A DNA stretch of 64,000 bases from Lytechinus pictus (Eukaryota), in assembly GCF_037042905.1 (NCBI RefSeq), contig NC_087245.1:30506001-30570000 (forward strand), read 5' to 3'. Position 1 is the first letter of the stretch; the number at the start of each line of letters is the position of its first letter. The position numbers and the translations under genes are program-made. Shown here piece by piece: positions 11,545 to 25,199 of this stretch. The notes beneath the pieces were generated by a model that worked only from the letters and a program-made list of their open reading frames with translations, was not told where the DNA came from and did no database searches.

Positions 11545-14500
11545 CAGGGACCTGAGAAGCGGGGGTGCTGGGGGTGCTGAAGCACCCCCAGAAATTATCC
11601 TGGGGGTGCTGCGTGTATTATTTTCCATAGGCAGCACCCCCACGAAATCAGGTTCCCCCTGTATTTTTTTAAATATGTTATAATGTACATAATTATCACA
11701 TCCGACAATCGAAAATCATTTACATAGTCGTTCACATATTCCAATAACATCCCTCCTATAACGCGACTCAATCAAGCTCCGGCACTCGATACAGACGTGG
11801 TCGCGCGCGATACGGGAGGGACATGGCTGTGATTGGACTTGAAACTTCGAGGGTTTTATGCCGAATCAAGTGTGCGCGCGCCCGTGTTTTGTAAAAAACA
11901 ATTACAAGTCAGACAATAGAAATCAAATTTCACAGTCTTTTTCACCCTGCCCCCATGGCCCTTGGAAGCGGGGGTGCTGGGGGTGAAGCACCCCAAATTT
12001 TGGGGATGCTGCATGTGTTATTTTCCATAGGCAGCACCTCCTTGAAATCTAGTGGTAAGTTGATGAATGACAGACCCTTTTTCAGATCGGAATATCAAAT
12101 ATTTTCTGCTCGCGCTTCGCGCTCGCATTATTCATTTTTTAATTAAAAAAAATGTATTTACAATGCCCAGATACTAGGGCTAACTCTTAACACGCGCACG
12201 CATGTTTATTCAGATACGCAGCTTGTTTTGGGGCTACTCCGGGCTGAAAATATTTATATCAAATACAATGTTATGAAAATCTGATAACAAATAGTTAAGT
12301 TATTTAATTCTAAAGTTTAGCAAAAGTTTATGAAAATGGTGATATGCATGTCGTCATGAATATTTAATAGGTGGGTTGACATAGGCGGAAATCTGTCCCC
12401 AAAGGTAGGGGGACCAGGGCCTGGAAAATTTGACAAGCAAAAAAAAAAATTTTTAACCCAAAATGTAAGGTCATTTAGTCCAAAAGGTATTATTTCGATT
12501 GTGAAGTGATGTATTTTTCTCCATGAAAGACCCCCCTACTATTTTTAGTTTCTGGGATTTCTGCCCATGCGGGTTGAAGATATCACATCCCCACTATCTT
12601 GTTTCTTGTGTTATTACATGGAATCAAAATTGTTTCATTTTTTCATACCAGTGTAAATGATATGTCTCCCTTATGTATAATGAAAGACTAAATCAGTTGT
12701 CAATTCAACTGTTTTTTGGTTATTGAAGGGAAAATATTAAATAAACCTAACTTTATATAATAAAATACAAAAAAAACAAGTGGGGATATGACATCATCAG
12801 TTTGCTCATTGAATATAAATGAAGACATGCTTAAAACTGTTTCACCGGAATAATGCTAATCTTTAAAATGCTTAACTTTGATATTCCTTGTCGGATTTTG
12901 ATCATATCTTTATTCTTATGCTCTTCTGATTTCTCTTTATCTGTTCAAACCATATTAAATTCAGTGTGGAGTTTCAGATCAGAATATCAAAGATTTTCTG
13001 CTCGCGCTTCGCGCTCACATTATTAATATAATAATATATCCAATTACCCATCTTTTTCTTGATTTACAAAACGTGAATAGAATGTCCCAATTATATATGT
13101 AGGTCTGAAATCTATTTTGTTTATGCTCGCGCTTTGCGCTTGCATCAATTGTATAGTTATATACCTATCCTGTTCCATGATTAGAAGAGTGCTTAGAATG
13201 TCTCGTTTTTTGGTCGGAAATCTTAATTTTGATTCCGCACGCGCTTCGCGCTCGCATCAATTGTATAGTTATATACCTATCCTCTTCATTATCAGAAAAG
13301 TGCTTAGAATGTCCAGTATTTAGGTCGGAATGTCAATTTTTTCAGCTCGCGCTTCGCACTCGCATTATTTGATTGTTGATATATGTATCGTCTACATGGA
13401 TAACTGCAAACAGTCCTTATAACACTTCCCTCGATCAGACCAGAGCGTATATAAAAAATATCTGCTCGCACTGATCACGTTCGCAGTTATCATTTGTTAC
13501 ATACGCATCTTGTTCAGGACCACAAACATTGCTCAAAATGTTCAATTTTTCAGGACAAAATACATGAATTTTCTCCCCCAAAAATCGCTCGCGCTTCCTT
13601 CGCGCTCGAGTTATCTAATTATGTGCGTCCCAAAAAAAACTATACACTTTTGAAATGGCTGCCAAATAAAAAAATGTAGCACTTTGGGGAAAAAGACTTA
13701 CATATATGGAAAGCCATTAAAGTCAACTTTCAAATGACACCAAAAAGTTGGAAAACTATTCATGCTTGAGCGAGCACTGCCCACTGAAACAAAGGGTATG
13801 AAAATTAGGGTGGGCTGGAATTAGCCTTCCAATTTATGTCAGTTTTTGAGAGGCAAATCCTTTCGAACTTGCAAAGTTAAGGGCGTTGTGATAAATGAAT
13901 GATCTACCGTGACCAGTTTTGGTTGCTTAAGCATTTTTTTTTTATTATTAAATTTAACTTTAATGCATGAGTGAACATAAATTACACTTTTTGGGCAGCA
14001 TTTCAACTTTATCATTTGGATCTCTTTTTGGGCAGCATTTCAACTTTATCATGTGGATCTCAGCAATGTGTTTATGGGAGTCGGGAGAATAGGGGATGAG
14101 ATAGGACTTAAGTGGGAGAAGTAGGTTAATGGAATAAGGGTCAACAGAACATTCAGCTCCCACCCCCTCCCTCTTTCCCGCCATCCCCTTCTGTTGAGAG
14201 ACTGATGGCTATTGTCATGTACGCGTGAAGTCCAGAGCAGAATGATGATTTGATTATTAATTCTGAATTGGGGCATCAACTTTTTCCTATCGATCATTTA
14301 ATCAACAATTTATCAGTAAATCAACTCATTCAATGTGCAATGTGATCAATCAAACATTCAGTTTTTTTCAATAAATTACTTCATTAATCATCATAATCAT
14401 TAAATTTCTTGGTAATCATTCAATAAAAAAAACTCAGCCACCGGTCACTTGGCGGCAGTTAAGTTTTGAATAGGCTACAATCAAGGAAGTGAGACAGAGA

Positions 14501-15668
14501 GAGAGAGAGGGGGGGTGGGAGGTGGAGAGGGGAGGGTACATATGATTTTTTTAATTTGTAAAAGGACAAACAAAAGAGGAATGCCCTTTTAACCAAGTCT
14601 TAGCATATCCCGCCCTGTTGCTTGTAACAGGTACCATCACATTAGTGACTCTCACGAACACACTTCTGAGGTCCACGAGATGAATATGCTACACTAAAAT
14701 TACAATTCCTGTTCAGTCATGCATTACATTTCAATTTAGTAACTCATGAAATTTGCCTAAGAAACCAAAACGTATCTCACTCATAAATTGCATAACACCC
14801 TTAGCTTTGTAACTTCCAAAGGACTAACCTAAAAAAAAAACTGTAAGGCTAATTTCTGTACAGCCTAGCCAAGCTTAGTCTCTCAGGAGGAGAGAAGTGG
14901 GGGGGGGGGTAGAGATGGAGGGAGGAGTTGCTAAATGTTCTGTTGACCTTTATCCCATCAACGTACTTCACCCGAGGAGTAGGTGATATCTCCTTGCTTC
15001 ACCTACCCCCCCCCCCCCCCCTCTTCTCCTGACTCTCATGAACACGTTGTTGAGATCCACATGATAAAGACAAAATGCTGCACTAAAATTTGCAAATCAT
15101 GATCACGCATGCATTAAATTTCAATTTAATAACGCGTTAAATTTTCACAAACAACGAACTGATCACATCTGATCTTTAATTCACAAATAACCCTCAACTT
15201 TGCAAGTACCAAACAAAAAAACCTGAAAGAAATTGGAAAGCTAATTCCGGCCCACCCTAATTTTCATACCCTTTGTTTAAGTGGGCAGTGCTCGCTCAAG
15301 CATGAATAGTTTCCAACTTTTTGGTGTCATTTGAAAGTTGACTTTAGAGGCTTTCCATATATGTATATTGTTTTCCCCAAAGTGCTACATTTTTTATTTG
15401 GCAGCCATTTCAAAAGTGTATAGTTTTTTTTGGGGACGCACTGTATATATTTGTTCTTTTATAAGAAGAAACCTAAGAAGTGACTGTCATATATATGTAT
15501 ATATATATATATGTGTGGGGGGGGGGGGGGGTTGGGTGTGTGTGTGGTGCCCTTAGAGGTGTGTGTGTGTGTAATTATGGAAAATTCAATTGGGTCCCCT
15601 CCCCCCCCCCCCCACCTTTGAGGAGAGATTTCAGCACCCCCACTGAAAAAATCGTTCCCAGGTCCCTG
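11545..15668. mobile_element. Non-autonomous hAT-like element (4.1 kb, with nested inserts)
   Basis: TIR CAGGGACCTG / CAGGTCCCTG; perfect 8-bp TSD ACCATAGC (11537-11544, 15669-15676). Confidence 0.85.
13621..15443. mobile_element. Tc1/mariner-like non-autonomous element with long TIRs, nested in the hAT-like element
   Basis: Inverted arms of about 210 bp (13623-13834 vs 15232-15443), right end CACTG|TA. Confidence 0.75.
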
Positions 15669-15737
15669 ACCATAGCTCCCTCTGGAGCGAACAGCGTATA
15701 TTTTTTTGTTACATTTTCACTCCAGAAGAAACCACAT

Positions 15738-15909
15738 TGTAATGAGATGAGTTGTATCTATTTGTACTGCGCGTATGTACACCCCTTGGCATGCGGGGTA
15801 AGGCGCGGCACTGTCCGAAGTAATAAATAAAGGATTAGTCAACTTGTATTATGGAACCTTAACAAATTGCCTTCGAGTCCTTATTTGTATGGGAATACAA
15901 ATCACAACA
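15738..15909 (+). repeat. 5' LTR
   Basis: TGTAATGAG...CACAACA; identical to 22135-22306 on reading. Confidence 0.95.
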
Positions 15910-15923
15910 TGGTGGCAGCGGTG
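15910..15923 (+). promoter_or_regulatory. Primer-binding site (tRNA-Leu-type)
   Basis: TGGTGGCAGCGGTG directly after the LTR, complementary to the ...CACCGCUGCCACCA 3' end of tRNA-Leu. Confidence 0.8.
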
Positions 15924-17625
15924 CAGAACTTTTATCATAGAAATGACTGGATCGATTTGATTCGATATATCTACCCTAAAGATGAGATGAGAAACGTTTT
16001 ATATTGTGCCGTGTGATTGACGGAATTGACTGAACCGGCCTGGTCGTTTGAGCGAAAGCCCAGTGAGACACCGTGCCGAAGTCTTCCCGTTGTGTGCCGA
16101 AGGAATCCACTACGGCGCTTGGGGTGATACGTTATGGTACACACACCCATGAACTTTTCAAGCGCAGGTTGCCATGACATCGACGCGGACTGATATTGAT
16201 TGGTCAAGCATCGAGACATAAATTATGTTGATGAGGATCGTCGACGTCACAATACGACCGGACGGGACCCTTTTGTGATAACGTCTACATCTAGCTCTTT
16301 ATTGGGAACGACAAGTAGACCAAGACTTGCTGAACTGGATCCCGGTGAAATTGAGATGTAACAGAGGGCCTGCAGTTCCATCATAAGAGAGACTTTCCAT
16401 AAGTTTCCACGGGCTGCCTAACTGAGTATCAGTAGGGTGTCTGAAGCCACACTGAAAAGTGTCAGCATAAAAACAGGCTAATTTAGGGGAAAATATGGCA
16501 CATTTTTTCGGGGAAGTTCAGGCTACTAGAAAAATGTGATCTGAATAGATTATTAACTTGTGTTTGGCATGTATGGAAAGAGAAAATTCAGGGGCTTCTT
16601 TTGACAGTAAGGACAAGTTTATATGATCATTTTAAATAAGGATTTAGAGATAAATTGCAAACCCTTATTTTTGTGTGTGTTGAAATTGCCATTTCTCCAT
16701 GCGTTTTCTATGGGAAAATGAAATTTCTGTTTTGCACAATTTTTTTCACTTTGTCGCAATTTTTCATTGTGATCTGGTTTCCAAATCTTTATAAAAATCA
16801 TACCATCAGATAGAGCATAAAAAATCCTATTGGACTCTTTATGGACAAGTTTTTGGCATTAATAATAAATTTATAACAGCTCTCGGAAGCTAAAAATTTG
16901 GATTTGTGTGTGTCCATTTCTTAACTACACAGTCTATGGCAGAGAAATGCTGAAAATTTACCTAATTTCATTCTTCTTTTTTGCAGCCAATAATTGGATT
17001 TTTTTCAAAAATGTTACATTTCTGTCAGTCTGAAGGTAATTTCTCTTCAAATTCACAAAGAAAATGTGATATTTTCTTGAAATAAGAAAAATAATTTTTT
17101 TCTCCAGACACCCTAGTATCAGAATGTTCAATGATTATGAATCTTAGATTCCAGTTGAGACAATGAGAGACAAATTGGGTGGTTGACTTAGACTGGATCT
17201 GCCAGAAGATAATTTTCACAGATGACAAACTAAGACTAAGTGACCGCGTCAGTGAGTATGTGAAAGGACATGTCAAAATCAGAGCCTATCTATTTCAAAT
17301 GAGGAACTGAGACTATGAATGTATATTGAGCATTGAGGACACTTTCTATTGAATTTGATGTTCTTACTCTTTCTATTGAAATTGATATTCCTTGATGTGT
17401 TAGACTTAAGGCAATTCCCTGAAATTATTTATGTATGAATGATGAATTATTACATGTTTCTCTATTTTGTATGTAGACTATATTTGATGTATGGATTCTA
17501 GATTTAGATCTAAGGTGTAACACAAGGTTTTACCAAACAGATCTGTACACAAATCTTCATCTGCACAAAAGAGAAAATTAAGCAAATTTATCACACACAA
17601 ATAGTGACGAGTTAATAATTTCAAA

Positions 17626-20600
17626 ATGGGGGAAATGACCGGTATTATACCACCTTGTATGGACTAGAAGTCCCAAGATCCTCCGTCATCTTTTCAGAAT
17701 TTTAGACAATATTGTGAAGTAATTTTCAAAGGTCCATTGTCAAAGAAATCAGATGAAGAGAAATGCAATTATACTCTCCTGTGGCTAGGACAAGAAGGGA
17801 TACAAGTATATAAGTCCTGGGCTAAGGAATTCAAAACGCCTGATGAGATTTTTGAAGCTTTCTCCAAGCATTTTGAGCCTAAATCAAACTTCCGTGTGAG
17901 TAGATTCAACCTCCAGAAGTTCAGACAAGATCAACATGAGACAGTTGATGATTTTGTGGCCAGGTGTAAACTTCAAGCAAGGAAGTGCAAGTTTACAGAT
18001 GCTGAAATGGAAGAACGTCTCATCGAACAACTCATCATTGGAACCAAGCATGTCAAGGTTCAAGAGAGACTCTTAGGAAAAGACGAGACACTCAAGCTGG
18101 ATGCAGCACTTGACACGGCCAGGACACATGAAGCAACAGAAAGCCACATGAGCATGATGAAGGCTGTTGGGAACCCCAAGATGAACATGGACGCAGTTCG
18201 AAAGAAAACACACACCGAAAGTAAATGGCAGAAGAAATGCCAAAACTGTGGTAGATCTCATCCGAGTAAGCAGTGCCCAGCATATGGTACCCAATGTCGC
18301 GGATGTGGAGGACAGAACCACTGGCAGAAGTGTTGCAGGAAATCTTCCCAAGGAAAGAAAACCACCTCGGGAAAATCATATCAGAAGAAGCAACAGGGTG
18401 AGAAGTATGAGATGGGACCAAAGAAATACCAAGGTCGCCATTCATCAAAGCAAGTCCATGAAATGCAAGAGGATGATTATCCAGAGGACGAGATTGAAGT
18501 ATGCAGATTTGAGACAATTACTATCGATTACATTGAGAAGGATGAAGCTTTTGCAGACATCGATATCATGCTTAAGCCAAAGAAACCAGCAGTCCTAAAG
18601 GTTAAAGTGGATACAGGAGCCCAAGGAAACCTCCTACCTTTACGTCTGTATAAGCTAATGTACACAGACCGAGTGGGCAAAGATGGCCGACCACTACCTG
18701 GGATGCTCAAGAAGTCAAGGACAATTGTTACAGGATATGGCCAGAAGGTTATACCATTGCTCGGAATCCACACAATCACATTCATGCGAGGCAACAAGAA
18801 GATTGACGCGAGATTCTATGTGGTGAATGCTGATGGACCAGCCCTAGGAGGATTGCCATTATCGCTGAAGTTGGGTCTTGTGAAAATGAACTGTGAGGTG
18901 AAGGAGTCCTCAGACTGCACTATCACAGACAAGGAGCAGTTGAGAAAACTCTACCCTGATCGATTTGAAGGCATAGGACAGTTCAGTGGAGAATATCACA
19001 TAGTCATTGATAAAGATGTACAGCCTGTCATACACCCTGCAAGGAGATGTCCAATACATATCAAAGATGAGATAAAACAAGAATTGGACGAGATGGAAAA
19101 ACTAGATGTGATAGAGCCTGTTTTCGATCCAACAGATTGGGTATCTAGTTTGGTTTATGCCCAGAAACCAAATGGACGTTGGCGTGTATGTCTGGATCCC
19201 AAAGACCTCAACAAGGCAATCAAGCGAGCGCATACCACAATTCCTAACCTAGAGGAGATAAAACACAAGTTTGCAGGAGCTCAGGTATTTTCAACGCTCG
19301 ATGCCAAGCACGGATACTGGTCAATAAAGCTGGATGATGAATCAAGTACCCTTACTACCTTTAACAGTCCATTCGGCAGGTACAAATTCAAAAGACTTCC
19401 GTTTGGATTGTCTGTATCCCAGGATATATTCCAGCAGAAGATGGACCAGATACTAGAGAAATGTCCGGGGGTAATAGGCCTAGCTGATGACGTCGCCGTC
19501 ATTGGAGCAAACTCAGAAGAGCACGACCAGAATCTACACCATCTCATGCAAGTAGCAAGGGAACATGGTCTAGTATTCAACATAGAGAAGTGTAGAATCA
19601 AGAAGGACCAGATCCGATTCTTTGGATTGATTTTTGACAAGGATGGTGTTCACCCAGACCCTCGGAAGACTGCAGCCATTGATGCCATCAAGGCACCAGC
19701 AAGTACGAAGCAGTTACAAGAGTTCCTCGGAATAGTGACCTACATGTCTCCATTTATCCCCAACCTTGCAACACAAACAGCTCCACTTAGAGAGTTGATG
19801 AAGAAGGATGCAATCTTTGCATGGACAGCATCGCATCAACAGGCATTCGAGTCCATCAAGAAGCTGATCAGTGATGAAGTTACCCTAGCGTACTTCAATC
19901 CTGAGGAAGATGTGGTGATCGAAGTTGACGCTTCATCTAGAGGACTCGGGGCTGCCTTGACACAGAAAGGCAGACCTATAGCCTTTGCATCAAAGTCACT
20001 GACTGACACAGAGAGAAGGTACGCCAACATCGAGAGGGAAATGCTCGCTGTGATATTCGCTTGCGAGAAATTCCATACATTCGTGTATGGCAAGCCATTC
20101 AAGATTCTTTCTGACCACAAGCCACTTGAGATGATTCATCTAAAGAACCTCGGAGCAGCTCCCCCAAGGTTACAGAGGATGCTTCTACGCCTTCAAGGTT
20201 ACGATGTAGTCATCAAATACAAGCCTGGACGTGAGATGTTGTTATCAGACGCAATGTCCAGACTCAATCCCCTGCCAGGTCCGACTATAGAAACACCAGT
20301 GCGCATCAATCATGTCATGTTTTCTGAAGAGAAAATTCAGCAAGTTCGAAATGCAACTGCCCAAGATGATGAGTTATGCGCATTGAGAGATGTCATCCTT
20401 CAAGGTTGGCCTGGAGATCGACGTGATGTAGCACAACCACTGAGAAAGTACTGGGCATACCGAGATGAATTGTCCATTGAAGATGGTGTGTTGCTCAAGG
20501 GGTCAAGAGTGTTCATTCCAAAAGCCATAACACAAGAGTTTCTAGACAAACTACACGATGCACATCAAGGAGTGATAAAAAGCCAGCTACTAGCCAAAAA

Positions 20601-21621
20601 TTCCATCTACTGGCATGGCATAAATTCACACATTGAAGAAAGAGTGAAGTCATGTCCAATATGCCAGCAATATGGAAAGTCACAAACACCAGAACCACTG
20701 CATCCTCATGACATCCCGACAAGACCTTGGCAAGTCATCGCAACCGATCTATTTCACCTGGATGGGAAGGAGTATCTGTTGGTTGCGGACGTCTACTCCA
20801 AGTTTCCGATCTTGAAGAAACTCCAGCATACAACAAGTGCCAATATCATCAGTTTGATCAAAGAAATATTTTCAGAACAAGGCACACCTGAAAAGTTATT
20901 GAGTGACAATGGCCCACAATACAGTAGCGCACAGTTCAAGACCTTCGCTGAAGAATGGAGGTTCACTCACATAACCTCAAGTCCAAGATACCCCCAGTCC
21001 AACGGTTACATTGAACGACAGGTCAAGACCATCAAGACGACAATGATGAAAGCAAAGCAAGCCAAGCAGGACATCAACAAAGCCTTGCAATACTTGCGAG
21101 CCACTCCCATTGACCATCACCTACCATCACCAGCAGAAATACTGTTAGGCAGGAAGATACAATCAGATCTTCCAACTAGGATCAGAAACCACGATCCTAA
21201 CAGAGACGCTATCAAAGAACGCCTCCAAGCAAGACAAGATCAGCAGAAGACCTACTATGACAGGAACACACGTTCCCTTCCACCACTACATCAGGGACAA
21301 CAGGTTCGAGTGCAGAATCAGGAGAGCGGAAAATGGGAAAAAGGAACAATCCTTAACAAGAGACCTGAACCTAAATCTTATGAAGTACGAACACCTAGTG
21401 GTCAAACTCTACGCCGCACCCGTAGGCATATCCGGGAAACCGGAGAAAAACATGAAACCCAACATGAAACAGAACAGGTCATTCCACAGCCTGATCATGA
21501 CAGTACTGATGCAAGTAGTGATACACTCAATTCACAAAAGTTCAGTGACAAACAAACTCAAAACACATATATCACTAGATCAGGTCGTCATGTGCACAGA
21601 CCTGAACGTTTTGACCCTTAA
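17626..21621 (+). CDS. Gag-Pol polyprotein (Gag with 2 Zn knuckles, protease, RT, RNase H, integrase); in-frame TAG at codon 14
   Basis: ATG 17626 is in frame with ORF 17737-21621. Motifs: CQNCGRSH..C and CRGCGGQNH, DTG protease, RVCLD/LDAKHGYW/LPFG/LADD RT, DAS/SDH RNase H, H..H/CPIC with D,D,E integrase. Order PR-RT-RH-IN. Confidence 0.93.
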
Positions 21622-22134
21622 AGTGTATTATATGTAAATATGTTTAGGCACGCAAAGTTAAAAGTGCTAAAAGCTTGTTAAATATTATTAATATGTACGA
21701 TGATTCAGATAACTAAGAACTGGAAAAATTTTTGCAAACAATTTACGTTAAAATTTATATGTGGATTGATGCACTACAAAGCAAAACAAGTGTGTTTTAA
21801 AGAGTTCAAACTTTTAACTGTTCATATTTTATAGTGAAAAACAATTGCCGAAATCATTGGCATTGTCTGGAATTTTTTTTGGTTAACATTGATGAAAAGA
21901 GAGATTTTCAATAGTTGAAGGATTGAGCATATGTACAGTTTTTTTTTGGGGAGGGATAAGTTTTGTGAAAATGTATGACATATGATATTGCAAATGAATA
22001 GGAAATGTGCATGCCTAAAAGCTTTTGCAAGTGAGAAGAAATTAAGTAACCAAAAGAAATCATTCCAAAATGTTATGGAAACTGTTCAAATTGTTTTAAG
22101 GATAAACACGATGTTGTTGTTAAAAGAAGGGAGA

Positions 22135-22306
22135 TGTAATGAGATGAGTTGTATCTATTTGTACTGCGCGTATGTACACCCCTTGGCATGCGGGGTAAGG
22201 CGCGGCACTGTCCGAAGTAATAAATAAAGGATTAGTCAACTTGTATTATGGAACCTTAACAAATTGCCTTCGAGTCCTTATTTGTATGGGAATACAAATC
22301 ACAACA
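22135..22306 (+). repeat. 3' LTR
   Basis: Preceded by PPT 22122-22134, followed by TSD CACAT. Confidence 0.95.
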
Positions 22307-22594
22307 CACATTGCACCCCAAAATGACCACCCCGACCTAGTGCGACTATAGGGACCAATTAAACCATCTCCCTCGCATTTAGAGTGTTTAATAACTCTAT
22401 GCTTGAACTTACTTTGCCCCAGCATCCCTAGAAAATAAACATGTCCCATTCTGAAATGGTTTGTTAATAGACCTCTCTGTTATCAGCTAGTTTTCTTTCT
22501 TCTAGTCTATCTTCTTGTATTTTCTCCTTAATGGTTAAGGGTCGGTGGATCCTTTGTGTTTCTACTATTTTTTTAAATCAAAAAGTCAAAAGGG

Positions 22595-22633
22595 GCCTAA
22601 GCTTTCGATCCTAGCAGAATCTTCGTCGGAGGC
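22595..22633 (-). ncRNA. Degenerate minimal hammerhead ribozyme (relic of a Penelope-type end)
   Basis: Minus strand GCCU-CCGACGA-A-GAUUC UGCUA GGAUC-GAAAGCUUA-GGC; palindromic AAGCUU stem III; core U replaced by C. Confidence 0.6.
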
Positions 22634-22929
22634 AAAATGACAAACATATGAAGTGGAACAACCATAATATAGACCACAGACAAGCTACAGCAACACTAGA
22701 GAAAAGGAGACAAAAGGGGCATTAGTAAGTAGAGAAGACCAATTAGGTTTAATAGTGAAGGGGATGAAAGAAAAGGAGTAGGCAGACACAAAGGGAAGTT
22801 AGTGTAAGTAAGGCCAGTAAAAGACCTCAAGCCAAAAAATCATATACTTTATATATAGGATTATTATGTGATTTAATAATTGAGCCTCTCCTCTAATTGA
22901 ACCTTCCACGCCAGCGTGAACACCGTTTT

Positions 22930-24775
22930 GATCTATAGGGAGTTGAGGCATGTTCCCACATTCTTTCCATATATAGTTTTATCTTTTCACACGAAAAAAT
23001 ATATGATCATATGTTTCTTTTTCTTTGCTGCAGAATGAACATAAATAATCTGTTGTCATTTTAAATAAATATAAATATTTTTTGTGAATAGCAAAAATGT
23101 TGAAATTCTCTGAGTTTACTGTTCAGAGTGGAATTTCGTGGTCTTAGAAAAATATCAAAAATATATATATTTTTTTTCCCTCAAGCTTTTTAAATGCTTT
23201 GGGTATATCCGTTCTCATACTTAAAAAAGTATCATATATTCTTTTTGATGTGATGTCTTGCAAGTCAAAAATCCTACCCTTTCAATGAAAATTCAATATT
23301 AATTACTATTTATGATACTTTGACCCTCGATCTTTTTTTCAGCGAGTCCTCCATAAGTATGGAGTGTTATTAAAAATTTCGAGAATCTCTTCTATTTCAA
23401 AACGATCTAACCCCATTTTTTGAAAGGTCGATATAGACTTTATCTTCCCATCTTTATCTTCAATATACAACATGATGGAGTTTATAAATACATGTATTCT
23501 TTAAAAAACAGCTTTTCATTATATGTTTGTCCATTCAAACGGATGAACCTATTATTGAAAATAATCTGATTTCTTTTACTCTGTTCTTCTTCAAGTAAAA
23601 ACAATTTCTTATTAAACCATACATCTAATATTTCTGTATAAAATTCCGGCAGTTCAAATCCTGTGAAATTCATTGTGAGGTACGTTACTAAATAAAATTA
23701 GCAATTCTCCCATACTGTGTGATAAGTGTCTGAAATATTTTTTTCCATTTCACTTTTGGCTCTCCCAATATAAATCTTTTGATCCACATAATTCTTTGTG
23801 TCTTTATTGAATAACTGAAAATCTGTCATTTTTAGACCAGCATTATCATAATCTAAATAGACAATATCTCTTTAAATTTTGTCTTTACCACCCCATAAAA
23901 ATCCAAAGATCAATGTATTAAGATCCTCTATTACCCATGTCGGGACAAGGGTAAGAGAAGAAATGTATTTCAATTTAGATAGTACAAATGTTTTAATTAA
24001 CCGGATTTTGCGCATTTTTTGAATGTCAAATCCCTTTGCTTCCACCACATCAAAATTTTCTTTATTCTACTAAGTATTTCTTTGTAATTTATTCTTATCT
24101 GATCTAATGAAAAATATATACCAAGATCCTAACCATCTGCTCCACTTTACCAAAAGGTAAACTTGGATCTATTTTTTCATGGTGTCCCAGTAACATAATA
24201 AAGGTTTTATCTTTATTCATCCTCAACCCTGACGCTTCGGCAAAACATTCGAACAGCATATCTAGCTTTTCAATCGACTGAGTGTCTTTTACAAAAACTT
24301 CATCTGCGTATAAAACTTTGCTTAACTTCTGTATTCCCAAACTTAATTCCGTGAATTTCTGGTTCAAGTCTTATTCTGTTAGCCAAGATTTCAATACATA
24401 AAGAGATAGGGGGACAATGGGTCTCCTATTGTCTTACCCCCTCCCTATATCAAAGTAACCTGTTGAAATACTGCCATTAAAAACACAACTTTCAGCTTTT
24501 TAATACAAAGTACTTATCCTTTTACAAAACGAGGGTCCAATGCTTGCATGCAATATTAACTTTTTAAAAAATGTGAAACAGAATCAAATGCCTTTTCAAA
24601 ATCAATGGCCAATAGATATGCCGATATATCATTTTTTGCCGAGTGAAAGATCATGTCATTTAAGTCTAATATAGCTTCCCAAATATTCTTCCTTTTAAAT
24701 ATCCTACTTGGTCGACATTCATTATTTCATGCAACACTTCCTTTATTCTTGTTGATAGTACCTTCGGAAAATTTT
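22930..24775 (-). pseudogene. Decayed L1/Tx1-clade LINE ORF2 (RT) fragment
   Basis: Minus-strand peptides LLAIDFEKAFDSVSH (about 24575-24615), GVRQ/GDPLSP (about 24410-24440), LYADE, DYDNAGLKM, LPEFYTEILDVW; many stops and frameshifts. Confidence 0.8.
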
Positions 24776-25199
24776 GTACAAGTAGCTAGCTATAGGGCCT
24801 ACATTTAACAGTCATGGCCCGATCGAATGGTTACAGCCCGATAGACCGCGGGTCCGATAGACCGCGGGTCCGATAGTCCGCGGGTCCGATAGACCGCGGG
24901 TCCGATAGACCGCGGGTCCGATAGACCGCGGGTCCGATAGTCCGCGGGTCCGATAGCCCGCGGGTCCGATAGACCGCGGGTCCGATAGTCCGCGGTGTGT
25001 GTAAAATTATGATCAGGATATAGTGAGATCCAATGCCATCAAGAGGTCAAAAGGCCAATGATACGAGTCCATGGGGTTCTATAACGATGACCCAAAGGAC
25101 AATCGCCCCCTGACATCTACTTCAAGGAAAATATTATCCCCATATTTTTATCGTCAGGGACTGTTACCCCCCCCCCGGAAATTTACCCTCTAGACGCCA

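Larger units (their letters stand above)
15738..22306 (+). mobile_element. Full-length Ty3/Gypsy LTR retrotransposon (Mag/SURL-like)
   Basis: Identical 172-bp TG..CA LTRs, 5-bp TSD CACAT (15733-15737, 22307-22311), PBS TGGTGGCAGCGGTG, PPT AAAAGAAGGGAGA, single gag-pol ORF. Confidence 0.97.

Noticed and set aside
17737..17739. ORF-track start of gag-pol
   Set aside because: It is a TTG; gag-like sequence extends upstream to ATG 17626 across one TAG.
24838..24994. CRISPR-like appearance of the 16-bp repeats
   Set aside because: No spacers, eukaryotic context, and mirrored at 33136-33260 as a transposon TIR domain.
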